64,000 nt of DNA, from contig SVST01000015.1 of assembly GCA_015064155.1 (NCBI GenBank), forward strand, positions 7,901-71,900, written 5' to 3'. The notes under the pieces were generated by a model that saw nothing but the letters and a program-made list of their open reading frames with translations, ran no database searches and was not told the DNA's origin. The translations under genes and the position numbers were made by a program. The stretch's first letter is position 1. Each line of letters begins with the position of its first letter. This stretch comes from Oscillospiraceae bacterium. Lineage in GTDB: Bacteria; Bacillota; Clostridia; Oscillospirales; CAG-272. Positions 55,427-64,000 of this stretch are shown here, one piece after another.

Positions 55427-56517
55427 AATACAACGAAATCAGAAGAAAAAGCCGAGAGGTTGAAATCGGAAACCGCAAAATCGGCGCGAAAAATCCAATC
55501 GCAATCCAATCGATGACCAATACCGATACGCATGATGCAGAGTCTACCGTACGCCAGATCTCGGCGATGGAGGCGGCAGGCTGCGATATCGTGCGCATTA
55601 CGGTTCCTACCGCAGAGGCGGCAAATACGATTCTTGCCATCAAAGAGGCAGGGATTCGGATTCCGATCGTGGCGGATATTCACTTTGACTATAAAATTGC
55701 CCTGCGGTGTGCCGAGCTTGGGTTCGATAAAATTCGGATCAATCCCGGGAATATCGGGGATGACGCGCGGGTGAAGGCGGTTTGCGATGCCTGTCAAGCA
55801 CGCAAAATTCCGATTCGCATCGGCGTGAACAGCGGCTCGCTGGAAAAGCATATTTTGGCAAAGTACGGTGCACCTACTCCGGCGGCACTTTGCGAAAGTG
55901 CTTTGTATCATGCCTCCTTGCTGGAAAAATTCGATTTTTATAACACCGTGCTGTCGATCAAGGCATCTACCGTTCCGGATATGATTGAAGCAAACCGTCG
56001 TCTGGCGGACGCTTGCGACTATCCAATTCACTTGGGTGTTACCGAGGCGGGCGGCGGAGATCGCGGCATGATCAAAAGTGCGATCGGGATCGGCTCAATG
56101 CTGTGCGACGGCATTGGCGATACCTTGCGCGTATCCTTGACCGATGACCCCGTAACGGAGGTTGATGCGGCAAAGAAAATCCTTCGTGCCGTTGGCATTG
56201 AGGGACAGTGCGGGTTGGATATCGTGAGTTGTCCCACCTGCGGAAGAACAAAAATTGACCTGATTCCGTTGGTGAAGCGTTTTGAAAATGCGATTCGCGA
56301 GGCGGGACTTGAGGACGTTCCCGTAAAGGTTGCCCTGATGGGGTGCGTGGTAAACGGTCCCGGTGAGGCAAGAGAAGCCGACGTTGGCATTGCGGGCGGA
56401 ATCGGCGAGGCTGTTTTGTTCCGTCACGGAGAGATCGTAGAAAAAATTGCCGAGGATCAGGTGATCGACCGACTGGTTCGTGAGGTACGTTTGTTGAAAG
56501 ACGGTATAAATGCATGA
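55423..56517 (+). CDS. ispG: 4-hydroxy-3-methylbut-2-en-1-yl diphosphate synthase
   Basis: Contains IAIQSMTNTDT, RINPGNIG and CPTCGRT motifs. Confidence 0.95.
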   Translation: MKYNEIRRKSREVEIGNRKIGAKNPIAIQSMTNTDTHDAESTVRQISAMEAAGCDIVRITVPTAEAANTILAIKEAGIRIPIVADIHFDYKIALRCAELGFDKIRINPGNIGDDARVKAVCDACQARKIPIRIGVNSGSLEKHILAKYGAPTPAALCESALYHASLLEKFDFYNTVLSIKASTVPDMIEANRRLADACDYPIHLGVTEAGGGDRGMIKSAIGIGSMLCDGIGDTLRVSLTDDPVTEVDAAKKILRAVGIEGQCGLDIVSCPTCGRTKIDLIPLVKRFENAIREAGLEDVPVKVALMGCVVNGPGEAREADVGIAGGIGEAVLFRHGEIVEKIAEDQVIDRLVREVRLLKDGINA

Positions 56518-59500
56518 GTAAGACGCTTTTGGAGATATTTCATCGGTACGAGCCGTCGTCTGCCGAGTTTCGGCAGATTTTGGAATCGGCAGATCCCGAT
56601 AGCATCAAATTACGTGCGGACAAGCCACAGAGGTTTATTGAAGCCTCTGCGGCTTTTCCGTGCGTTATTCCGAGAAGAACGCTTTATCGAATTGAAGAAG
56701 AGATTCGCGTAGCGTATGAATTGAATATGGTGCGGCTGTTGCCCCGTTATCCGTCGGAGTGCTTTTCCTCGGACAGTATCCCCGATCTTTTGATGGAAAC
56801 CAACCGTCGCGGAATTGTGGCAAACGGCTTTTTCAACCATTGCGATTGGCGGCTGTCGGGAACCGAATTGACGATTGATATTCCGTTCTCCGAGGGCGGA
56901 GTGGAGCTGATTTACGATGCCAAGACCCCCCAATTGATGGAAGACATCGCGCGTGAGGAATACGGGGTATCGATTCGCGTATCGATTCGGAAAATGAAGG
57001 ATTACGATCCAAACGCGTATCAAAGTGCGGTGGAATCTCAGCTTCGGGAAATGCAGCGCGAGGCGGCAAAGGCGGAGGTGGAATATCACCGCATGCAGCA
57101 GGCGCAGTTTGAGGCGGATTCCCGTCCCGCGGCGGCCGAGCAGGAGGAAATGCTCCCTCGCGCAGCCTCGATTTACGGAGAGGTGTCGATTCCCGAAATT
57201 GGAAACGGAATCTGTAGGATCGGCTTTTCAGCCTTTGATATTTCTGCGCCCGAGTACGTGTTGGGCGAGCCTTTTGAAATTACCCCCGTATCGATTGCAT
57301 CGATCGACAAGCCCATGCGGAATATTGTCATTCTGGGCGAAGTCTTTCATTTCCAACGCGAGGCATCGCGTTCGGGGGATAAATTTGATATTACCTTTGA
57401 CGTGTTCGACGGAAATGCGTCGATTGAGCACCGCAGCTTTTCTTTGGACGTTGATGCCGCTAACGAGCTTTGCGGAGCAATCAAGGACGGCAGTGTGATT
57501 GCCATGCGCGGATATGTAAAGCACGTCACACGCAAAAATTCCGTTGACCCCGATTTTACCTTTTTTTACACCGATATTGCAAAAATTTCAAAGCTGAAGC
57601 GTACCGATAAGGCACCAAAAAAGCGCGTGGAGCTTCACTTGCACACCAATATGTCGGCAATGGACGCACTGATCCCCCCCGACGTGGCTGTTAAAACCGC
57701 TTTGAACTGGGGACATCCTGCCGTAGCAATCACCGACCACGGAAACGTGCAGGGCTTTCCCGAAGCCATGCTTGCGCTTGACGATATTCTCAAGTCAGGC
57801 AAGGAAATGAAGGTTTTGTACGGGATGGAAGCGTATTTCGTCAACAATACCTCGGGTGTTTTGACGGGAAAATGCGATCCCACTTTCGATGCGGAGTGTG
57901 TTGTGTTCGATATTGAAACCACAGGTCTTTCGGTGCAGAACTGCAAGATTACCGAGATCGGTGCCGTCAAGATCAAAAACGGACAGATTCTCGATCGATT
58001 CAATACCTTTGTCAATCCCGAGGTCAGTATTCCCGAGGACATCGTGAAGCTGACGGGGATTACCGACGAGATGGTAGCGGATGCCCCCTTGGTGGACGAC
58101 GCGCTGAAGAGCTTTTTCAAGTTTATCGGAAACGATCCGAGCCGTGAAACACAACCGCTTTTGATTGCGCACAACGCAAACTTTGATATCGGTTTTATCC
58201 GTCATTTCGCAAAGCAGTGCGATTTGCCGTTTCAGAATCCTTATCTTGATACGGTTGCGCTTTCCAAATACATCAACCCGGAGTTGAAAAATCACAAGCT
58301 GGACACCATTGCAAAGGCGTATGAATTGGGAGAGTTCAACCATCACCGTGCCTGCGACGACGCTGAAATGCTGGCGATGATTTATTTTAGAATGATCGAG
58401 ATCATGCAGAAAATGGAGCTGCGCGATCTGTATCACGTCAACTCCGAAATGATTGAAAAGGCGGATCCTTTAAAGCTGAATACCTATCACCAGATACTGC
58501 TCGTTAAAAACCAAACCGGATTGAAAAATCTGTATAAGCTGGTTTCGATGAGCTATCTGAATTACTACAAGCGAAATCCCAGAATCCCCAAAACGGTTCT
58601 TGAAAAGCATCGCGAGGGCTTGATCGTCGGTTCTGCCTGCGAATCGGGAGAATTGATTCGCGCGATTCTTGAAAACCGTCCCGAATCCGAAATCGAGGAG
58701 ATCGTCAATTTCTACGATTATTTGGAGATTCAACCGATCTGCAACAACCGATTCCTGATTGCCGACGGAAAAATTGCCGACGAGGAGGGCTTGCGAAATC
58801 TCAACCGCCGCGTGGTGGAGCTGGGTGCGCAATATAACAAGCCGGTTTGTGCAACCTGTGACGCGCACTTCGTGAACCGCGAGGATGAATTGTATCGAAA
58901 GATCCTGATGGCGGGGATGAAATACGATGATTTTGACAAGGACGTTGGCATTTATTACCGCACCACCGATGAAATGCTGGAGGAATTCTCCTATTTGGGA
59001 GAAGAGAAGGCATACGAGGTGGTCGTGACGAACACCAATATGATCGCCGATCAGATTGAGCAGGTGCGACCGATCCCAAAGGGATCCTACACCCCCGAGA
59101 TGGAGGGAGCCGAGCAAGAGCTGCAGGATATGTGTTGGGCGCGCGCCAAGAGTATGTATGGAGATCCGCTTCCCGAGCTTGTGACCAAGCGATTGGAAAA
59201 GGAGCTGACCTCCATCATCAAAAACGGCTTTGCCGTGCTGTATCTGATTGCACAGCGACTGGTGCATTACAGTGAGGAGCAGGGATATCTGGTCGGCTCG
59301 CGCGGCTCGGTGGGATCGTCCTTCGTTGCCACCATGGCGGGTATTTCCGAGGTAAATCCCTTGCCGCCGCATTATTACTGTCCGAATCCTGCGTGCAAGA
59401 ATAACGAGTTTTTCACCGACGGCTCGGTGGGCTCGGGCTTTGACCTGCCCGATAAGATCTGTCCCAAGTGCGGCACGAAGTACAAGGCAGACGGGCATGA

Positions 59501-60971
59501 TATCATGTTTGAAACCTTCCTTGGCTTCTACGGTGATAAATCCCCCGATATCGACTTGAACTTCTCGGGTGACGTGCAGGGAAGAGTCCATAAATACACC
59601 GAGGAGCTGTTTGGTGAGGGTCACGTGTTCCGTGCGGGAACCATCACGGGTCTTGCCGACAAGACCGCATACGGTTACGTTGCGAAATACGTAGAGCAAA
59701 AGGGAATCAGTCTTCCGCGTGCCGAAATGAACCGCTTGGTTCAAAACTGTATGGGCGTTAAAAAGTCAACGGGACAGCATCCCGGCGGAATTATCGTTGT
59801 GCCGCAGAAATACGACGTTTACGATTTTACTCCGGTGCAGCACCCGGCAGAGGATCCAAACGCCAGCACGGTCACCACACACTTTGCGTTTTCGTATCTG
59901 CACGATACGATTTTGAAGCTTGACGAGCTGGGACACGATATGCCAACCAAATACAAGTGGCTGGAAACCTTTACCAATTCGTCGGTTTTGGACGTGGCGA
60001 TGAATGACCGTTCGGTTTACGATTTGTTTGAGTCCACAGCACCGCTTGGAATTACCCCCGAGGATATCGAGGGCTGTAAGATCGGTACGTACGGCTTGCC
60101 CGAGTTGGGAACACCGTTTTTGCAGCAGGTGCTTCTTGATGCAAAGCCGCGAAACTTTGCCGACCTTTTGCAGATTTCGGGCTTGACGCACGGTACCGAC
60201 GTGTGGCTTGGAAATGCGCAGGATCTGATCAAAGCGGGAATCTGCGATATTTCGCAGGTTATCGGTACGCGTGACGGTATCATGCTGGATATGATTCGCT
60301 ACGGTTTGGATAACTCGATGTCATTCCAGATCATGGAGGCGGTACGAAAGGGAAAGGGACTCAAGCCCGAATGGGAAGCCGCCATGCGAGAGCATGAGGT
60401 TCCCGAGTGGTATATTACGTCCTGTAAGAAGATCAAGTATCTGTTCCCAAAGGCGCACGCAGCGGCTTACGTTATGTCTGCGATCCGTTTGGCTTGGTAC
60501 AAGGTACATCAGCCCGTGGCATTTTACTGTACCATGTTTACGGTCGCTCCCAACGGATTTGACGCGACTATCGTGCGCGGCGGAAAATCCAATGTCGTTG
60601 CCGTCATGCGCGATATCCAAAAGCGCGGAAAGGAAGCGTCCCTCAAGGAGCAGGCAAGCATTACGGTCTTGCAGCTGATCAACGAGGCAATGGCAAGAAA
60701 GATCCGGTTTTTGCCGGTTGATCTGCAAAAATCGCACGCTTACATTTTTCAACCCGAGGACGGAGGCATTCGTATGCCGTTCTCCTCGTTGCCTGGACTT
60801 GGCGAAAATGCCGCTAAAAATATCATAGATGCACGGAACGAAGAGCCTTTCTTCTCGGTTGAGGATCTGCAGATCCGCGCCAAGCTGAGTAAATCGGTGA
60901 TCGATATGCTCCGCGTAAACGGCGTTTTGGATAACGTTGACGAAACCGACCAGATGACGATGATGTTTTGA
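56514..60971 (+). CDS. polC: DNA polymerase III alpha subunit, PolC type
   Basis: Length is 1485 aa. Contains the PHP motif HLHTNMSAMD, the inserted 3'-5' exonuclease (VVFDIETTGLS, HRACDDAE) and a zinc-finger region (CPNPACKN...CPKCG). Confidence 0.95.
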   Translation: MSKTLLEIFHRYEPSSAEFRQILESADPDSIKLRADKPQRFIEASAAFPCVIPRRTLYRIEEEIRVAYELNMVRLLPRYPSECFSSDSIPDLLMETNRRGIVANGFFNHCDWRLSGTELTIDIPFSEGGVELIYDAKTPQLMEDIAREEYGVSIRVSIRKMKDYDPNAYQSAVESQLREMQREAAKAEVEYHRMQQAQFEADSRPAAAEQEEMLPRAASIYGEVSIPEIGNGICRIGFSAFDISAPEYVLGEPFEITPVSIASIDKPMRNIVILGEVFHFQREASRSGDKFDITFDVFDGNASIEHRSFSLDVDAANELCGAIKDGSVIAMRGYVKHVTRKNSVDPDFTFFYTDIAKISKLKRTDKAPKKRVELHLHTNMSAMDALIPPDVAVKTALNWGHPAVAITDHGNVQGFPEAMLALDDILKSGKEMKVLYGMEAYFVNNTSGVLTGKCDPTFDAECVVFDIETTGLSVQNCKITEIGAVKIKNGQILDRFNTFVNPEVSIPEDIVKLTGITDEMVADAPLVDDALKSFFKFIGNDPSRETQPLLIAHNANFDIGFIRHFAKQCDLPFQNPYLDTVALSKYINPELKNHKLDTIAKAYELGEFNHHRACDDAEMLAMIYFRMIEIMQKMELRDLYHVNSEMIEKADPLKLNTYHQILLVKNQTGLKNLYKLVSMSYLNYYKRNPRIPKTVLEKHREGLIVGSACESGELIRAILENRPESEIEEIVNFYDYLEIQPICNNRFLIADGKIADEEGLRNLNRRVVELGAQYNKPVCATCDAHFVNREDELYRKILMAGMKYDDFDKDVGIYYRTTDEMLEEFSYLGEEKAYEVVVTNTNMIADQIEQVRPIPKGSYTPEMEGAEQELQDMCWARAKSMYGDPLPELVTKRLEKELTSIIKNGFAVLYLIAQRLVHYSEEQGYLVGSRGSVGSSFVATMAGISEVNPLPPHYYCPNPACKNNEFFTDGSVGSGFDLPDKICPKCGTKYKADGHDIMFETFLGFYGDKSPDIDLNFSGDVQGRVHKYTEELFGEGHVFRAGTITGLADKTAYGYVAKYVEQKGISLPRAEMNRLVQNCMGVKKSTGQHPGGIIVVPQKYDVYDFTPVQHPAEDPNASTVTTHFAFSYLHDTILKLDELGHDMPTKYKWLETFTNSSVLDVAMNDRSVYDLFESTAPLGITPEDIEGCKIGTYGLPELGTPFLQQVLLDAKPRNFADLLQISGLTHGTDVWLGNAQDLIKAGICDISQVIGTRDGIMLDMIRYGLDNSMSFQIMEAVRKGKGLKPEWEAAMREHEVPEWYITSCKKIKYLFPKAHAAAYVMSAIRLAWYKVHQPVAFYCTMFTVAPNGFDATIVRGGKSNVVAVMRDIQKRGKEASLKEQASITVLQLINEAMARKIRFLPVDLQKSHAYIFQPEDGGIRMPFSSLPGLGENAAKNIIDARNEEPFFSVEDLQIRAKLSKSVIDMLRVNGVLDNVDETDQMTMMF

Positions 60972-60982
60972 TTTTCTAAAAA

Positions 60983-61047
60983 AGCAGAGATTGTATAACG
61001 TGTTCTTGATTCAAGATCCCACGTAATACGATCTCTGCAACTTTTTT
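60983..61047. terminator. compound bidirectional terminator after polC
   Basis: The outer imperfect stem is GCAGAGATTGTATAACG paired with CGTAATACGATCTCTGC. It encloses the hairpin TCTTGA-T-TCAAGA. A T7 run lies to the right and an A6 run to the left. Confidence 0.7.
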
Positions 61048-61079
61048 TGATATAATGTTTTGGGGGGCGAAAAAGGCGA

Positions 61080-61943
61080 TTATCCTCCTTTGACGGTAAA
61101 CAGAACCGGTGGAAAATCTCTGAAAAGCGGGGATACGTGTTGTGTAATTTTCTCTGTCAAAGGTCCGCTGTGATCAACGTGCGAATCTCCGCAGATCAGC
61201 GCATGTACGGGCGAATCTTCCCGATCGATCATTTGCATGAGTAATTCTTTACTGGTGCTTTGGGTTGGACAGGCATCTGAGCCAATCACGATGTTGTGTT
61301 TTCCAAGCCTTTGATAATCCTTTTCAAGGGCAGGGGAGTTGATCGGAACATGTTGAAACAGAAGAACGTGTGCTTGATTCCGAATCGCATCGGAAAGTAG
61401 CTCCAAGGTTTCGGAATCATAGGTATAATTTCCGTTATAAGCACCTACAAGCGACAACTCACCAAGCGTCAGCGTTTGTACTTTATAGTTTTCACCACAG
61501 AGCGTTGCAAATCGGGCAAGCGTAAGACTTTGACCGTGTCTTGAAAAAATACAGTCGTGATTTCCCAAAACAAATAGGTACGGCATGGGGAGCTTGTTTA
61601 GATTTTGCAGCATAAATTCAAACGCCGCATCCGTGTAAAAATCAAGAATATCCCCGGTGAAAACGACAGCATCCGCAAAAGAAGAACCGTCGGCTTGGAG
61701 AAAATTACAAAGATCGGTAAATTGATCGGCTGTTGAAACCCCTTCAACAGAAAAATGCTTTGCACGTTTGACGCCAAACTCAGACACCAATTTTTTTCCT
61801 TTGTGCGCACCGACGGTAATGACGGTATTCTCGTCGTGCGCATCCCACATTGCAATGTGAACGTCTGTGACGTGTAAAATACGGTAGGTTTCTTTGAGCC
61901 CCGGGATGTTGATTTCTTTTTGGATAAAGCAAAACTTTTTCAT
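61080..61943 (-). CDS. calcineurin-like metallophosphoesterase
   Basis: Contains the motifs HVTDVH, FTGDILD, LGNHD and ICGDSH in canonical order. Confidence 0.75.
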   Translation of the reverse strand: MKKFCFIQKEINIPGLKETYRILHVTDVHIAMWDAHDENTVITVGAHKGKKLVSEFGVKRAKHFSVEGVSTADQFTDLCNFLQADGSSFADAVVFTGDILDFYTDAAFEFMLQNLNKLPMPYLFVLGNHDCIFSRHGQSLTLARFATLCGENYKVQTLTLGELSLVGAYNGNYTYDSETLELLSDAIRNQAHVLLFQHVPINSPALEKDYQRLGKHNIVIGSDACPTQSTSKELLMQMIDREDSPVHALICGDSHVDHSGPLTEKITQHVSPLFRDFPPVLFTVKGG

Positions 61944-61981
61944 GGTAACTATGGAAATTCCTTTTGTAGAAGTAGGATATT

Positions 61982-62010
61982 ATTCTAACATAGGAAATGA
62001 GAAATGTCAA
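61982..62010 (-). promoter_or_regulatory. sigma-A type promoter for the metallophosphoesterase gene
   Basis: On the minus strand: TTGACA (62005-62010), a 17-nt spacer, then TAGAAT (61982-61987). Confidence 0.5.
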
Positions 62011-62098
62011 GGCTTTGCTAATTTGATTTTCGTCAAACTACAGACAATTTTCGAAACTTCTTCGTATAACTCGTTGTTTGTTGATATTTTATGACTTA

Positions 62099-63364
62099 TC
62101 AGCTTTCAATGCTTACCCACATCGCGGGACGGACTACCATCTTGGAATCGGTAAATTCTCCGTCTGTTACGATATCACCGTCGGAATCCACAACCAGTGC
62201 GGTCGGGTAGGTGCTGTAATAGTATTCTCTCTCCGGACCGGGGGTTCTGAGCCAATAGGAGGACCCGCCCCAATAGGAAGAAGAATTCCGGTAATATACG
62301 TAATCGGAAAGCTTGGAGCAACGCTGTTCTGCGTTCAGGACGTATTCTTCTAACTCTTCGGCACTCAAAATAAATACTTTATCGTTGGTTTCAGCGCCGC
62401 CTTTTTCAAGTTCTATATCCGAGGGAGTGACGCTCGTCGTGACAATCTGTTCCTTTTCCGCTTCGGTAAAAGCCGTTGAGAGGAAGCTATCATTCAACCA
62501 AGCACGCAGGGAGGACGTTTTCCATACGATGTTGCCGTTATAATCGTATTCCGTTTCCTCAAGGGCATACTCACTAAGGAGGAGTACCTTGTCATCCTCT
62601 TTTGCAAGCACGATCCATTGAATGCTTTCTGCGCCGTTGTCATAAACCGAATCCTGTTCATACGTTCCAAACGTAACAAGACTTCCGATCGATGCCGATG
62701 CCAACAATTCTTTGGCTTTCAGCATTTTGCAGGATTCGATCAGCTGTGCGCTGTCTTTATAAAATTGAATTTGGTTCAGCAATTCGATTGCTTCATCAAA
62801 TTGTTTCAGTTGCATGTGGTTGCACGCAGAGTTGTAGGTGTTTTCCAAAAGCTCCGATTCGCAGGGCTTGACAAACGGATCAAGCGCAGCTTTAACGGTA
62901 TGGTTGCCGTCAAACGTGATTTCTTCAATATCAAAAGAAATATTCAACATTGAAAAATCGGTTTCCCAAAGCTCTTTCGCATCATCGGTGATATCCATAG
63001 ACCAGTTCAATGTAAAGAAGTTTTCGGATTTTGCAGTGAAATCACCTCTGAAAGATGCAGTCCCCGAGCTCAATACGTTTCCGTCCATATCGGTAATTTT
63101 CATGCTTCCGGACACCTTGGTTGCTTGCTTATCACTGTTGTTTTTAATCGTAAACTTAATGTTGCAGTAAATATCGTAGCTTGTCGTGCGGTCGTTACTT
63201 TTATCGGTGATTTGAATTTCAAATTGATTAGCTGCCTTTTTCAAGGCTCTTTCCGTTTCTGCTCGCGTGGAAGCTCCCGCACCGTAAGCAAAGAGAATAA
63301 CGGCAAGGATCCACAGGAAGACGTGGATGATCTTCGCAGGCTTTGATTTCAAAATTGCGTTCAT
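62099..63364 (-). CDS. membrane-anchored/secreted protein with a C-terminal DUF6273-like domain
   Basis: Has an N-terminal anchor (IIHVFLWILAVILFAYGAGA). The C-terminal half carries FGTYEQD...IQWIVLA...SLRAWLN...YWLRTPG...VRPAMWV, the pattern I associate with DUF6273. The domain assignment is from memory only. Confidence 0.6.
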   Translation of the reverse strand: MNAILKSKPAKIIHVFLWILAVILFAYGAGASTRAETERALKKAANQFEIQITDKSNDRTTSYDIYCNIKFTIKNNSDKQATKVSGSMKITDMDGNVLSSGTASFRGDFTAKSENFFTLNWSMDITDDAKELWETDFSMLNISFDIEEITFDGNHTVKAALDPFVKPCESELLENTYNSACNHMQLKQFDEAIELLNQIQFYKDSAQLIESCKMLKAKELLASASIGSLVTFGTYEQDSVYDNGAESIQWIVLAKEDDKVLLLSEYALEETEYDYNGNIVWKTSSLRAWLNDSFLSTAFTEAEKEQIVTTSVTPSDIELEKGGAETNDKVFILSAEELEEYVLNAEQRCSKLSDYVYYRNSSSYWGGSSYWLRTPGPEREYYYSTYPTALVVDSDGDIVTDGEFTDSKMVVRPAMWVSIES

Positions 63365-63381
63365 GATTGTATCCCTCCTTT

Positions 63382-64000
63382 TCAGTTGTCCAGAAGTTCT
63401 GCTTCGGTGGCAGGCTTGAGCCCCAAAGAGGTAAGCTTTTTGTTCAGCGCGTTCAGTAGCTCTGCACGTTTGTTCTTCTCGTAATCACGACATGCATCGG
63501 AGCAAGCCGTACGGGTTTTTTGGTTTTGTGTGTCAGTGATTTTTTTGATCTTTTGACGTACAACGGTTTCTTGGATTCTTGCAAAAATTGTCATTCCGAC
63601 AGCAGCTGCAAAAAGAATGACAACAGGCACGAGGAATCGCAAAAAGGCAGATACGGCAATGGATGCCAACAAGAGTCCCCAGCTGATCAGGGCGAAGGGA
63701 AGCGTTTTTTTATCTATGGTTTGAGAAGCCTTGCGTTCTCTTTCTTTGATTTCCAAATCTCTTTTCTGTTCCAGCTTTTTCTTGCCCTCCTCGACACTTT
63801 CGGGGTTGGGGATATTTGCTTCGGAAATCCTCATTTTACCAATCGCAAATCCTCGTTTTTCATACGTTTGACCGTTGTATGTAAGGGTTGTGTGATATTC
63901 GGGAACTCGGATCATGGAAGTATGGGTGACGGTATACTCGGTTATGTCATAGGAAATATCCGTTGAGCGATCTCCCGGAAGCGACTTGCGCAAGTTGCTG
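63382..64000 (-). CDS. hypothetical membrane protein (5' end probably outside the window)
   Basis: The frame is open to the right edge. Two central TM helices (LPFALISWGLLLASIAVSAFL, VPVVILFAAAVGMTIFA) are flanked by charged regions. It lies 17 nt upstream of the DUF6273-like gene. No family was recognised. Confidence 0.5.
   Translation of the reverse strand, partial: SNLRKSLPGDRSTDISYDITEYTVTHTSMIRVPEYHTTLTYNGQTYEKRGFAIGKMRISEANIPNPESVEEGKKKLEQKRDLEIKERERKASQTIDKKTLPFALISWGLLLASIAVSAFLRFLVPVVILFAAAVGMTIFARIQETVVRQKIKKITDTQNQKTRTACSDACRDYEKNKRAELLNALNKKLTSLGLKPATEAELLDN

Noticed and set aside
1-64000. A search for CRISPR arrays, IS elements or transposases, integrases, prophage genes, toxin-antitoxin pairs, rRNA, tRNA and known riboswitches
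   Set aside because: By visual inspection I found no short regularly spaced repeats, no DDE or tyrosine/serine recombinase-like translations, no tRNA-like T-arm sequences and no riboswitch cores that I recognise. Absence cannot be proven without covariance-model and HMM scans.

Overview
This 64-kb segment looks like the chromosome of a moderately GC-rich, endospore-forming Firmicute with Clostridia-type gene order. All calls rest on reading the supplied translations, motifs I recognise and manual inspection of the DNA; no searches or computations were run. I support about 58 protein-coding genes, and nearly all are core housekeeping genes:

- proA-proC
- trmB-nitroreductase-truB
- a stand-alone pro-sigma-K gene
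- a PFK with a PPi-type signature
- pncB and cdaA
- recJ-relA-dtd-hemZ
- the sporulation and division block: MOP flippase-mazG-hup-S4-yabP-yabQ-divIC-smpB
- the ruv genes
- ecfA-ecfA-ecfT-truA
- a clpC-like gene and ylmC
- the conserved run rpsB-tsf-pyrH-frr-uppS-cdsA-dxr-rseP-ispG-polC

I found no rRNA, tRNA, tmRNA, CRISPR array, transposase, integrase or recognisable defence gene, and I cannot point to a clear novel multi-gene system.

The most unusual structure is the ruv locus at 29.9-38.0 kb. A single tightly packed minus-strand operon reads DUF951 - YfhO-like (1013 aa) - ruvA - YfhO-like (about 1024 aa) - ruvB. The two giant YfhO-family membrane proteins form about 2.85-kb direct repeats flanking ruvA. 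They share a 147-nt perfectly identical patch, which suggests gene conversion, next to a strongly diverged extracytoplasmic segment.

Secondary oddities:

- a 5'-truncated remnant of a GLUG-repeat surface protein gene
- a 63-aa protein after cdaA that has only the membrane anchor of CdaR
- a ClpC-like ATPase whose N-domain is replaced by a zinc ribbon
- a structured rpsB leader of about 150 nt
- a compositionally atypical block after polC (metallophosphoesterase, DUF6273-like secreted protein, membrane protein) that runs off the right edge

The many long antisense ORFs in the track are codon-usage shadows and are rejected.
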